From Pseudomonadota bacterium (lineage in GTDB: Bacteria; Pseudomonadota; Gammaproteobacteria; Xanthomonadales; SZUA-38): a stretch of 64,000 bases of DNA. The stretch is taken from NCBI GenBank assembly GCA_039195135.1, contig JBCCVP010000001.1, positions 33,839-97,838 on the forward strand. Reading direction: 5' to 3'. Within the stretch, counting starts at the first letter, position 1. Every line of letters starts with the position of its first letter. The position numbers and the translations under genes were made by a program. Positions 9,575-18,464 of the stretch are shown one piece after another. A model generated the notes under the pieces. It made no database searches. It worked only from the letters and a program-made list of their open reading frames with translations, and was not told where the DNA came from.

Positions 9575-11071
9575 ATGCGGCTTGTAGGGTACTTTGGCAC
9601 TGCGTGCCTGGCTCTGGCCATGGTTAGCAGTTCCTTAGCGGCCGACACAGAAAAGGGTCTGCCCGGCGTTGCTGTGGTGATTGAGGGCATACCTGCCAGC
9701 GCGGCGGACGAGCAGGCCACGGTGGCCGTTGGCATCACCAATCTCGGCCAGGAAACGGGTAACTTCACGCTTTTAAGCACCCTCACGTCAAGCAGTATCG
9801 CCAGCGGCTCGATCCCGACCAGCGTGGCTCTGGAGAGTCGTCAGACGCAGCAGTACTTTCTGGATATCACAGTCCTGGAATCCGGCGAAACCGCTGCCAT
9901 CGAGGTGGGTGCGGAGGACATGGCAGACCCCGCGAACGCTGATCTAACGGCGTTTTTGTTGCTCGACGATGAGCTGTTCAGCTCAGGTTTTGAACCCGGC
10001 GAGATGGCAGATCCGGGCACCCCGCCGGAGCCAATCTTCGTCACCCGAGCCGGCGACCGAGGGGGAGATGTGGTCAGCGACCCGGTGGGCATTTCCTGCG
10101 GCGCCAACTGTGCGGAATTTGTGGGCTCCGGGACGACGGTGATGCTATCCGCGGAAGCCTTCGATGAATCGAAATTCACGGGCTGGGACGGCGCTTGCAC
10201 CGGTTCCGCCGACTGCATCGTGATCGTGGAGGGACCCACGGAGGTCATCGCAAATTTTGAACCGGACCCAAACGTCGCCATAACGCTGATCGTTAACCCG
10301 GCGGTGGTTGCTCCGGAAGACGCCGTGGCCGTCAGCTGGTCTCTCGAAAATTACGTGGACGGCGAGACGAGCTGCACGACCGAGGGCCCCCTCTTCTGGG
10401 GATTGGACTTTAACCAGAGCCCCAGCGGCGGAGCCGGAAGCTATCCTATTGAGGAGACAACTACCTTCGTCATCGACTGCGGCGAGGTGGTGGCCTCAGC
10501 GACGGTAACCGTCGACCCCGGCCTACTGGACCGTTTCCCTCCGCCACCAGAATTCTGCGGGCCCCGGCCTGCAGGTCAGGCCATACCGTTTGCGTTCCGT
10601 TTTCCGCTTGAGCTGGAAGACAGGTCGGGCGGGAACTACGAAGACGTGTGGGGTGTATGGCCAAGCCCCCTGACCAATGAAGCCCTGATCACCATTCCCC
10701 GGGGGGAGTACATCGCCTTGCCGTTTTACGCCGATCTTGAGCTTGGCCGCTTCTGGCAACTCCGCTGGCTCGGCGGTCCCCGGGGCGCGAACCAAACGCA
10801 GGTGAGTATCAGCCGTTGCCCGGGCGACTTTACCGGCCTCGGCGGCATCGGCTACTCCGATCCGCTGTGCAACCGGATATCGGGCAGTGAGGGCGGAACC
10901 ATCCTGGCCCTGACGGATGAAAACGGGGATGGCGGCAACCTGGCCTGCCCCATCCTGCCCGGGGGCAACGAGATCTATTACCTGAACGTTCGTCACACCA
11001 ATGCCGTCGGCGCCAACGAGTGTGCCCGGGCCGAATGTGTTTTCCTGGCCGATCCTCGGCTGCTCAACTAG
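9575..11071 (+). CDS. Secreted multidomain protein of unknown function, tandem paralogue A (CARDB-like Ig domain, LFSSGFEP linker, InlB-B-repeat-like Cys domain, Ig-like domain, Cys-containing C-terminal domain)
   Basis: 498 aa with GGGAGG 6 nt before the ATG and a signal peptide (ACLALAMVSSSLAA). The CARDB-like segment is ATVAVGITNLGQETGNF. The InlB-B-repeat-like pattern is GDVVSDPVGISCGANCAEF...FTGWDGACTGSADCIVIVEGPTEVIANFE. The C-terminal block is RFWQLRWLGGPRG...SRCPGDF...GYSDPLCN...YYLNVRHTNAVGANECARAECVFLADPRLLN. No enzymatic motif was recognised. Confidence 0.7.
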   Translation: MRLVGYFGTACLALAMVSSSLAADTEKGLPGVAVVIEGIPASAADEQATVAVGITNLGQETGNFTLLSTLTSSSIASGSIPTSVALESRQTQQYFLDITVLESGETAAIEVGAEDMADPANADLTAFLLLDDELFSSGFEPGEMADPGTPPEPIFVTRAGDRGGDVVSDPVGISCGANCAEFVGSGTTVMLSAEAFDESKFTGWDGACTGSADCIVIVEGPTEVIANFEPDPNVAITLIVNPAVVAPEDAVAVSWSLENYVDGETSCTTEGPLFWGLDFNQSPSGGAGSYPIEETTTFVIDCGEVVASATVTVDPGLLDRFPPPPEFCGPRPAGQAIPFAFRFPLELEDRSGGNYEDVWGVWPSPLTNEALITIPRGEYIALPFYADLELGRFWQLRWLGGPRGANQTQVSISRCPGDFTGLGGIGYSDPLCNRISGSEGGTILALTDENGDGGNLACPILPGGNEIYYLNVRHTNAVGANECARAECVFLADPRLLN

Positions 11072-11075
11072 GACC

Positions 11076-11189
11076 GGTCTATTTCCCGGTGCCGAAGAGA
11101 CTTATTATGTAAACGTTCGGCACGCCAACGCCGACGACGCTAACGAGTGTGCCCGGGGCAGCTGTGTCTTCTTTGTTGAACTTCGGTTG
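11076..11189 (+). pseudogene. Relic of the last ~37 codons of a third paralogue copy, lying between paralogues A and B
   Basis: This stretch translates as GLFPGAEETYYVNVRHANADDANECARGSCVFFVELRL. The C-terminus of paralogue A is ILPGGNEIYYLNVRHTNAVGANECARAECVFLADPRL, identical at about 22 of 37 positions by hand alignment. DNA similarity is also visible. There is no upstream coding body, and the relic is in a different frame from gene A. Confidence 0.6.
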
Positions 11190-11228
11190 CCTGACCAGGA
11201 TCAGAAGGTTTGCTACCCAGGAGATTGC

Positions 11229-12713
11229 ATGCGGTTTGCAGTAAACATTGGCATTGTGTGGCTGACGCTGGCCAGCATCGGCGATTCCTTCGCGGCCGAT
11301 ACAGCAAAAGGCTCAGGCCAAACCGGTGTCGCTGTCGTCATTGAAGGCATCCCGGCCGTGGCTACCGGCGAAGCGGCCACGATTGCCGTCGGCGTCACTA
11401 ATTTCGGGCCGGACTCTCGCGATATCGCGCTTTCCGGCACCCTCGTATCGAGCAGCATCGCCAGCGGCTCGCTACCGGCCAGTGTCCTTCTGGAAGCGGG
11501 ACAAACCGAGCAGTATTTCCTCGATATTACGGTCCTGGCGTCGGATGACATCCCCACGGTTGAGGTTCGCGCGGAAGATATGGCGAACACCGCAATCTTT
11601 GATCTTGCCGAATACAGCTTACTGACGAATGAGCTGTTCAACTCAGGTTTTGAGCCGAGCGAGGCGGCCGCTCCACCACAGGTGATCTTCGTTACCCGAA
11701 GCGGTAACCGCCGGGGCACGGTCAGCAGCGATCCAGCGGGCATTTCCTGCGGCGCCAACTGCGCAGAATTTGTCGATCCGGGCTCAATGATCCAGCTATC
11801 CGCCGAACCGTTTCTCGGTGCGCAGTTTGCTGGTTGGAGTGGCCCCTGCTCCGGGCTCGACGACTGCTCGTTTGTCGTCGAGGAGCCCACGGAGATTTTT
11901 GCGGAGTTTGAAGTTGTTCCGCCCATCGAGGTAACGCTGAGCGCCAGCCCCATAATGATTGCTCCGGGGCGGCCCACGGAGATCAGCTGGACCGTCGAAA
12001 ACTATGTGGTGGGTGAGGACTCCTGCACGACCCGGGGCCCCAGCTCCTTTGGAGAGGAGTTTCAGCAGAACATTGCGGCAGGATCCGTAATCTATCGACT
12101 GCTTGACCCATTCACCTTCTCCCTCGACTGCGGGGAGGATGCCGCGTCGGTCACGGTCACCGTGACCCCGGATGGATTCCCGGCGCCGCCGGCTTTTTGC
12201 GAACCGGAACCGGCCGGACGTTTGCTGCCTTTTGAGTTCACCTATCCGCTTGAGTTTACGCCGCGGACAGCGTTCAACTACGCGGAGATATGGGGGCCCT
12301 GGCCAGAACCCCAGGCCAACGAAGCCATTATCCGGGTTCCCCGTCTGAACTATATTTCCATGCCGTTTTACGCCAATGCCGAAAACGGCCGGTTCTGGCA
12401 GATCCGCTGGCTCGGCGGCCCCCGAAGCGCCGATTCCACCCAGGTGACCGTCAGCCGCTGCCCGGGCGACTTTGACGGCAACGACGGCATGGGCTACTCC
12501 GACCCGTTGTGCAACCAGGTCTCCGGCAGCGAGGGCGGCGTCATCCTGGTGGTGACCGACGAGAATGAGGATGGTGGCGACCTGGCCTGTCCGGTCCTGC
12601 CCGGCGCCGACGAGCTTTACTACCTGAACGTGCGCCATACCGACGCCGAGGGCGAGAACCAGTGCAACGAATTCCGATGTAATTTCTTCGCTGACCCCCG
12701 GCTGCTCAACTAG
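11229..12713 (+). CDS. Secreted multidomain protein of unknown function, tandem paralogue B
   Basis: I chose the ATG at 11229 (MRFAVNIGIVWLTLASIGDSFAADTAKG...). It has AGGAGA upstream, and its start context GGAGATTGCATGCGG mirrors GGAGGTTGCATGCGG of paralogue A. The protein is collinear with paralogue A over the whole length (for example GISCGANCAEF, RFWQIRWLGGPRS, SRCPGDFDG, YYLNVRHTDAEGENQCNEFRCNFFADPRLLN). I estimate roughly half or more of the residues are identical by eye. Confidence 0.7.
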   Translation: MRFAVNIGIVWLTLASIGDSFAADTAKGSGQTGVAVVIEGIPAVATGEAATIAVGVTNFGPDSRDIALSGTLVSSSIASGSLPASVLLEAGQTEQYFLDITVLASDDIPTVEVRAEDMANTAIFDLAEYSLLTNELFNSGFEPSEAAAPPQVIFVTRSGNRRGTVSSDPAGISCGANCAEFVDPGSMIQLSAEPFLGAQFAGWSGPCSGLDDCSFVVEEPTEIFAEFEVVPPIEVTLSASPIMIAPGRPTEISWTVENYVVGEDSCTTRGPSSFGEEFQQNIAAGSVIYRLLDPFTFSLDCGEDAASVTVTVTPDGFPAPPAFCEPEPAGRLLPFEFTYPLEFTPRTAFNYAEIWGPWPEPQANEAIIRVPRLNYISMPFYANAENGRFWQIRWLGGPRSADSTQVTVSRCPGDFDGNDGMGYSDPLCNQVSGSEGGVILVVTDENEDGGDLACPVLPGADELYYLNVRHTDAEGENQCNEFRCNFFADPRLLN

Positions 12714-12730
12714 GGCACAACGAGGCTCGC

Positions 12731-13957
12731 TCAGCCGATCCCGTCCCGCTCGACGGGACAGCTCATGCACCGCGGACCTCCCCGGCCCCGGCCCAGTTCC
12801 TCGCCGGCGATGGTGATGACTTCAATACCGGCTTCGCGCATCGCCGCAATCGTCTCCCCGTTGCGCTCGTAGCCGATCACGGTGCCGGGCTTCAGCGTGA
12901 GCACGTTGTTGGCGTCATTCCACTGTTCGCGCTCCGCGGCATACTTGTCCCCGCCGGTGGGGATAATGCGCAGCTTAGATTGACCGCAGGCGCTCGCCAG
13001 CGACGCAAAAAAATCAGATCGCTGCGTAACCACCAGCCCGCCGCCGGTGCCGGGCGTGATATCCCAGGAGGGTGTGTCCTTATTGATGATGCGCGGGTAA
13101 ACGCTGAAGCAGTCCACATCCATCTGGGTCATCACCGTGTCCAGGTGCATGCAGCTGCGGTGTTTTGGCAGGTCCACAGCAACAACCCGGTCCGCGACGC
13201 CGCCGGCAAACAGCCGTTCGGCCAGCATCTCCACCGCCTGCGGCGTGGTGCGCTCGCTGATTCCGGCAAGCACCGTGCCGTTACCCAGCACCAGCACATC
13301 GCCCCCCTCCAGCGAAGCGTCGGTGCGCCCCATTTCCACGCCGTCGAACCAGACGCCCCAGCGGGAGGTGCGGAAGATCGGATGGTGCCGGTAGACAGCT
13401 TTCAGGTGCACCGTTTCCCGCAGCCGGGCCGCCTTCGCCATGGGATTCAGCGACACGCCGCTGTAGATCCAGCATGACGTGTCGCGGGTAAACAGGTGGT
13501 TCGGCAGCGGCGGCAGAATGAAGTCTGTATCGCCGACGATCAGCTCCGCGGTGAGACTCTGCGGCGGGTCAACGAGGTCGTCCTGCGTAAGACCGCCGAT
13601 CAGGGCCGAAGCCATGGCTTCTCCATCCATCGCTTCCAGGTAGTCGCGCACCGAACGCGCCAGGCCCGGCCCCAGGGATGTTTCCGGCACCTGATGGTCG
13701 AGCACCCAGCGCCGCGCCTCTTCCACCTCCAGCGTTTCTGCCAGCAGCTGGTGCAGCAGCAGCACCTCCACGCCGTTGTCCTCAAGGGCTTTTACAAAAA
13801 GATCGTGCTCGCTGCCGGCGCGTTTAACCCGCACCACGTCGTCAAACAGCAGATCCTCGAAGTTGCGCGGCGTAAGCCGCGTCAGGCTGAACTCCGGCCG
13901 GTGCAGCAGCACCCGCCGAAGCGTTCCAACTTCCGATCCCACGTAAACTCTGGCCAT
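12731..13957 (-). CDS. arcA: Arginine deiminase
   Basis: Start taken at the ATG at 13957 (MARVYVGSEVGTLRRVLLHRPEFSLTRLTP...), with GAAAGGG upstream. Typical ADI blocks are present throughout. The C-terminal catalytic-Cys region is GRGRGGPRCMSCPVERD. Confidence 0.85.
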   Translation of the reverse strand: MARVYVGSEVGTLRRVLLHRPEFSLTRLTPRNFEDLLFDDVVRVKRAGSEHDLFVKALEDNGVEVLLLHQLLAETLEVEEARRWVLDHQVPETSLGPGLARSVRDYLEAMDGEAMASALIGGLTQDDLVDPPQSLTAELIVGDTDFILPPLPNHLFTRDTSCWIYSGVSLNPMAKAARLRETVHLKAVYRHHPIFRTSRWGVWFDGVEMGRTDASLEGGDVLVLGNGTVLAGISERTTPQAVEMLAERLFAGGVADRVVAVDLPKHRSCMHLDTVMTQMDVDCFSVYPRIINKDTPSWDITPGTGGGLVVTQRSDFFASLASACGQSKLRIIPTGGDKYAAEREQWNDANNVLTLKPGTVIGYERNGETIAAMREAGIEVITIAGEELGRGRGGPRCMSCPVERDGIG

Positions 13958-14054
13958 CACCCTTTCCCAGTGGTCGTGCCCGGCTGATCCGGGAGGGTGC
14001 ACACGATACCCACTGCGGTGACGTGAAGCGAGGGGTGGAAACGGATTTTAACGG

Positions 14055-15173
14055 CTAGCCGTTGCGGATAATGACCTTACCCAGGTGAGATGAGCGCTCC
14101 AGATACTCAAAAGCGCTGACAGCGTCCTCGAAGGCAAACTCTCTCGCCACCGCTCCTTCGATATTGCCAGCGTCCAGCGCCCGGAGCAGCTCCTCCATCA
14201 TCACCCGGCTGCCATTGCTGATCGCCTTCATGGTGATGTTCTTGATGTAGAAGTTGGGCATGGAAAGGATCTTGCTGGGCCTCGGCCCGGTGCCGATCAT
14301 GACGACCATCGCGTTGACGGCGGCCGCCTCCAGCGATTGATCCAGCGTCGGCCAGCCAACGTTCTCCAGCACAATGTTGGCGCCCTCCCCGCCGGTGAGT
14401 TCGCTCACCGCTTTGCCCCATTCCGGCGTATTGCGGTAGTTCACCGTCAGGTCGACGCCAAACTCGCTTTTCATTCGGGCCAGCTTGTCATCACTGGAGG
14501 AGGTGACCACCACCCGGGCGCCGGCCGCCTTGGCAAGCTTGACACCCCAGCTGGAAACGCCGCCGGTGCCGAGGGAGAGCACGGTATCGCCCGCCTTCAC
14601 GCTGGCGACGTGATAAAGCGCCTGCCAGGCCGTCAGCGCAGACCCGGAAAGCGTGGCCGCTGTTGCGTCGCTGATGCCGTCCGGCACCTTAACCAGTCCG
14701 CTTTGCGGTAGCGTAGCGACTTCCGTGAGCCAGCCGTCGATGGTGTTGCCCACGTCGGCAACGTAGTGGGCGGGGGTCCAGGGCCCGGAGGTCCAGCGCG
14801 GAAAATGAATGCTGGTCACCCGGTCTCCCGGCGCCACGCGCTCAACGCCTTCCCCCACGGCCATCACCGTGCCCACGCCTTCGCTCAGCGGAACGCGCTC
14901 CGGCAGCTTGTCCTCAAGAAACCAGCCGCGGGCAATCGCCCGGTCGCGACCCGCGAGGCCGCTGGCGTGGACCTTGATCTGCACTTCGCCGGGCTGCGGC
15001 GCGGTGCGCGGCCGGGTAGCCAGCCGCATCGTGTCGAACGGGCCCTTCGGCCCCACTTCCCAGGCCCGATAGGACCCGACGGCCAGCGCCTCCGGGTCCT
15101 GTGCGCTGGCCTGCCCCGCTGCAGCAAGCCCGGCCATGGCGGCCGAGCTGCTGATGAAGTGTCGCCGTTTCAT
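14055..15173 (-). CDS. MDR-superfamily (quinone oxidoreductase / zinc-type alcohol dehydrogenase-like) protein with a twin-arginine signal peptide
   Basis: The N-terminus is MKRRHFISSSAAMAGLAAAGQASAQ (RRxF Tat motif plus A-x-A site). The GroES-like N-domain contains GEVQIKVHASGL. The Rossmann motif is GDTVLSLGTGGVSSWGVKLAKAAGARVVVTSSS. The gene lies 18 bp downstream of the TonB receptor gene on the same strand. Confidence 0.75.
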   Translation of the reverse strand: MKRRHFISSSAAMAGLAAAGQASAQDPEALAVGSYRAWEVGPKGPFDTMRLATRPRTAPQPGEVQIKVHASGLAGRDRAIARGWFLEDKLPERVPLSEGVGTVMAVGEGVERVAPGDRVTSIHFPRWTSGPWTPAHYVADVGNTIDGWLTEVATLPQSGLVKVPDGISDATAATLSGSALTAWQALYHVASVKAGDTVLSLGTGGVSSWGVKLAKAAGARVVVTSSSDDKLARMKSEFGVDLTVNYRNTPEWGKAVSELTGGEGANIVLENVGWPTLDQSLEAAAVNAMVVMIGTGPRPSKILSMPNFYIKNITMKAISNGSRVMMEELLRALDAGNIEGAVAREFAFEDAVSAFEYLERSSHLGKVIIRNG

Positions 15174-15191
15174 CGATCCAGCCAGGCCGGA

Positions 15192-17552
15192 TCAGAAGCG
15201 GTAGGTGGCCGTCAGGCCGTAGGTGCGCAGTTCCCCCAGGGCCGCCACGTAGGCGTTGGAGAACCCGAGGAACAGCGAGTTGGACACGTAGCGCTCATTG
15301 CTGAGGTTGCGGGCCCAGAGGGACACGTCCCAGTTGTCGCTGGTCACCCCAAGGCGGGTGTTCAGGAGCTGCCGCGAGGGTACCCAACCGGCGTTGAGCA
15401 GACTTAGGAACTGGCGCGACTGATAGGTCAGATCCGCGCGTGCATAGTAGTCCCAGCCGGTGTTGGTTAGCGGTGCGGTCCACTGGGCTCCCAGGGTGCT
15501 CTGCAACTTGGGTGTGCGGCTCACGGCATTGCCGCCGATATCACCGTTTGCGTTGCAGACTACGTCATCACACCAGCCGTCGTTGGCTGCTTCGATAAAG
15601 ATCGTGCCGCCGTCGAACTTGGGATCGTTGTAGGAAAAGCCGTAGTTCAGCGTCAAATTCTCCGTCGCCTGATAGATCCCGTCGATCTCGATACCCCAGG
15701 TGCTGGCACCCCCGACGTTGTCGATAACCACAGGGTCATTGGCGGCGCCGCCGATAGCCGAGGTGTTGATCTGCAGATCAGACCAGTCGATATAGAACAG
15801 CGCTACGTTGGTCACCAGGCTGCCGTCCAGGAATCGGTTTTTGGTGCCCACCTCAAAGGTCCAGTTGCTCTCCTCATCGTAGGTGGCCTGGGAAGCATCA
15901 ATCGGGTTGCCGGAACCGCCCAGAATTGGGCTGTTAAATCCGCCCGCCTTCGTGCCCTGGGCAATCGACAGGTAAAGCAGGTTTTCATCCGTAAGGGCAT
16001 AGTCCAGGGTGACCCGGGGCGTGAAAATGTTAAAGGTGTCCGACGCAGCGGTGTTGGGCACGCCAATCGTTTCCACGGCTTTGTCTTCCTGCGAGTAGCG
16101 GGCCTCGGCGCTCAGCTTCAGGCGCCCGTCCATCAGGTTGAAGCCAACCCGGCCAAACACGGCGGTGGTTTCATCGGCGAAGAAATCCGGGTTTTCGTCC
16201 ACGTTCGGGAGGGACGGCAGCGAATCGGTACCCAGGGGGAACAAGAAGTAACCGATGGCCTCGTAAAGATCTTCCGAGTCGTAATAGAACAGTCCGAAGT
16301 TGGCCTCGATCAGGCCGCCGGAATCATAGTCGAAGCGCACCTCGTGGGAATCCGACTCCAGACCGCCGTTCGGCTGCGAATCAAAAATCACAAAACCCGG
16401 AAAGAAGTTGAGCAGCGAGTTGGGATTGCCCGACCCGTTGATAGCGTCGGGGATCGCCTGTCCACCGGACCGCAGCCGCGAGTCAGCGTTGCCGTAAAGG
16501 TAGGTGAGGTTCCAATCGTCGTTGATTGCCCACTCCACGCGGAACGTGGTGACCTCGTTGCGGCCGCTCTGGCCGAAGGAGCGCGGGTCGAGAATCAGCG
16601 AGTCGCCGTCCGCCGATGCCGTCGCCGGCAGCTCCGTGGAAAACTCGCCGCAGAGCAGTGCGTTGTTCGCCCCGAGGAATGGCAGACCAGGCTGGAAGGT
16701 CGGGGAGCAGTTCAGCGAGTTTTCTGCTGCGAAGCCAAAAAACGACACACCGTCCCGGCCCATGCGCGTGAAAATCGGCTGCGCTTCCTGCTCGATATTG
16801 GTGCGGTAGTAGCCCAGCTCTACCTTGATGTCTTCGGTGGGCAACCACGTGAGGTTGGCCGCGATGGTATCGTTGTCAAATCCGCCGAGGTTACCGTCGC
16901 TGCCCGGGCTAATGCCCTGGTTGGCCAGCGGGTGGGCATTTTGCCAGGTGCCGTCGTATTCCTGCTGGCCGTAGGTAATGCGGCCCAGGAGTTTGTCTTC
17001 GATGATGGGACCGGAGATGGTGGCGCGGCCGGTGAAGAAATCTTCCGAGCCAGCACCGATTTCGATGTTGCCTTCAAATTCTTCCGTGGGCTTTTGCGTC
17101 ACGTAGTTGATGGCGCCGGCGAAGGAGTTCTGACCGTAGAGCGCCGACTGGGGGCCTTTCACCACCTCGATGCGATCCAGGGCAACCATACCCGTATCGA
17201 TCATGTAGCTGCGTTGCAGGTAGACCCCATCGAGGAACGTGGCAACGTTCTGCACCGGGTTGCTCAGGCGAACCTGAGTCTGGCCGCGAATCACCGGCGC
17301 CTCGAGGGCTCCGGAGAACTCTTCAAAAGCGAGCCCGGGCGTGTAGGCAGCCACATCTTCAAGATTCTGGATGCCGCGCCGCGCCAGATCAGAGGCGCTG
17401 AAGGCGGTGACCGAAATGGGAACGTCCTGCAGGTTTTCTTCAACCCGGCGAGCCGTCACGGTGATTTCTTCCAGCTGTGCCAACACCGGTTCGACGGTGA
17501 AGCAAAATGCTAAAGCGGCAACAGCAAGCGGCTTTTTCCTCAGTAATGTCAT
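15192..17552 (-). CDS. TonB-dependent outer-membrane receptor
   Basis: 786 aa with AAGGAG upstream. Signal peptide and plug read AQLEEITVTARRVEENLQDVPISVTAFS...IEVVKGPQSALYGQNSFAGAINYVT. The C-terminus is ...YGLTATYRF. Confidence 0.9.
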   Translation of the reverse strand: MTLLRKKPLAVAALAFCFTVEPVLAQLEEITVTARRVEENLQDVPISVTAFSASDLARRGIQNLEDVAAYTPGLAFEEFSGALEAPVIRGQTQVRLSNPVQNVATFLDGVYLQRSYMIDTGMVALDRIEVVKGPQSALYGQNSFAGAINYVTQKPTEEFEGNIEIGAGSEDFFTGRATISGPIIEDKLLGRITYGQQEYDGTWQNAHPLANQGISPGSDGNLGGFDNDTIAANLTWLPTEDIKVELGYYRTNIEQEAQPIFTRMGRDGVSFFGFAAENSLNCSPTFQPGLPFLGANNALLCGEFSTELPATASADGDSLILDPRSFGQSGRNEVTTFRVEWAINDDWNLTYLYGNADSRLRSGGQAIPDAINGSGNPNSLLNFFPGFVIFDSQPNGGLESDSHEVRFDYDSGGLIEANFGLFYYDSEDLYEAIGYFLFPLGTDSLPSLPNVDENPDFFADETTAVFGRVGFNLMDGRLKLSAEARYSQEDKAVETIGVPNTAASDTFNIFTPRVTLDYALTDENLLYLSIAQGTKAGGFNSPILGGSGNPIDASQATYDEESNWTFEVGTKNRFLDGSLVTNVALFYIDWSDLQINTSAIGGAANDPVVIDNVGGASTWGIEIDGIYQATENLTLNYGFSYNDPKFDGGTIFIEAANDGWCDDVVCNANGDIGGNAVSRTPKLQSTLGAQWTAPLTNTGWDYYARADLTYQSRQFLSLLNAGWVPSRQLLNTRLGVTSDNWDVSLWARNLSNERYVSNSLFLGFSNAYVAALGELRTYGLTATYRF

Positions 17553-17915
17553 CGGTCAGACTCCTTGGTTATGGCGGCGATGGAATAGCTCGCCCCCTAT
17601 CGAGCCCGAAAGTTAGACAATCAGCAACATCTTTTTCATATACCAGCTATCCACGTTTTTGCTTGGTCCAAACGGTCCGCCAAATTTGATGAAATTTTCA
17701 CATAATCTGCCGGATCTTGGGCCCGCTGCCGTGCGTCAATCCGGCGCTGCTGGAAACCCGGAAATAGTGACCGCAGGTTGCCCGGCTTAGTACGCTCCAA
17801 ACACGCCGAATCGCTGACGAACCAAGGCGTCGAACAACCCACCGGCCTGGTCGCTGCCAATCGGGCCGGGTAGAAAACCAGGCTCACAGGCTTTTTTTCC
17901 CTTTGAGTTCCGTTT

Positions 17916-18464
17916 ATGTTTGCGCCCATGCATATCATCGTCGCTGTCCTGACCAGTCTTGTGACAGCTCTTTGGATTCTGCACCGCCTGGCCGAGATGG
18001 GAGTAGATCTGGGGGGCCTTAATCCCTGGCTTTGGCGTCGCCGTCGCCGGTGGAAGCAGAAATACGAGGCGAATCCTGTTTTTGCCCTCGAGCGCCCGAT
18101 GGAGGCTTCGGCTCTGCTGATTACCGCAGTGGCAAAGAGCGAAGGCGATATGACATCGGACGAGCGGCAGCTGGTTCTCAAGCTGTTCGAGGACGAGTTC
18201 CATCTCTCCGATCGGGATGCCGCCGGGCTACTCTCCTCCAGCGTTTTTCTGCTGCGGGACGGTACCGACGTGCGCGCCAATCTGGAAGCGGTGCTGGAAC
18301 CCAGCATCGACCGCTTCACCGCCGACCAGGCTTCCTCCGCGGTCACGCTAATGAAGCGGGTAGCGTCAGCCTCCGGCGAAGCCGGGCCACATCAGACGGA
18401 CCTGGTGCAAAGCGTTGAGGCCCTTTTTGACAGGAAATTCCGACCAAGAGGCAAGTGGGAATAA
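17916..18464 (+). CDS. Membrane-anchored TerB-like (DjlA N-terminal-like) domain protein
   Basis: 182 aa with an N-terminal TM helix (HIIVAVLTSLVTALWIL). The TerB-like pattern is ALLITAVAKSEGDMTSDERQLVLKLFEDEFHLSDRDAAGLL. The family call comes from motif memory only. Confidence 0.45.
   Translation: MFAPMHIIVAVLTSLVTALWILHRLAEMGVDLGGLNPWLWRRRRRWKQKYEANPVFALERPMEASALLITAVAKSEGDMTSDERQLVLKLFEDEFHLSDRDAAGLLSSSVFLLRDGTDVRANLEAVLEPSIDRFTADQASSAVTLMKRVASASGEAGPHQTDLVQSVEALFDRKFRPRGKWE

Noticed and set aside
11001-11228. The possibility that paralogue B really starts at 11001 and carries a 76-aa N-terminal extension.
   Set aside because: The first part of this stretch is an alternate-frame reading of the end of gene A, and the rest is the C-terminal relic. 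The signal peptide and the duplicated ribosome-binding context begin at 11229.
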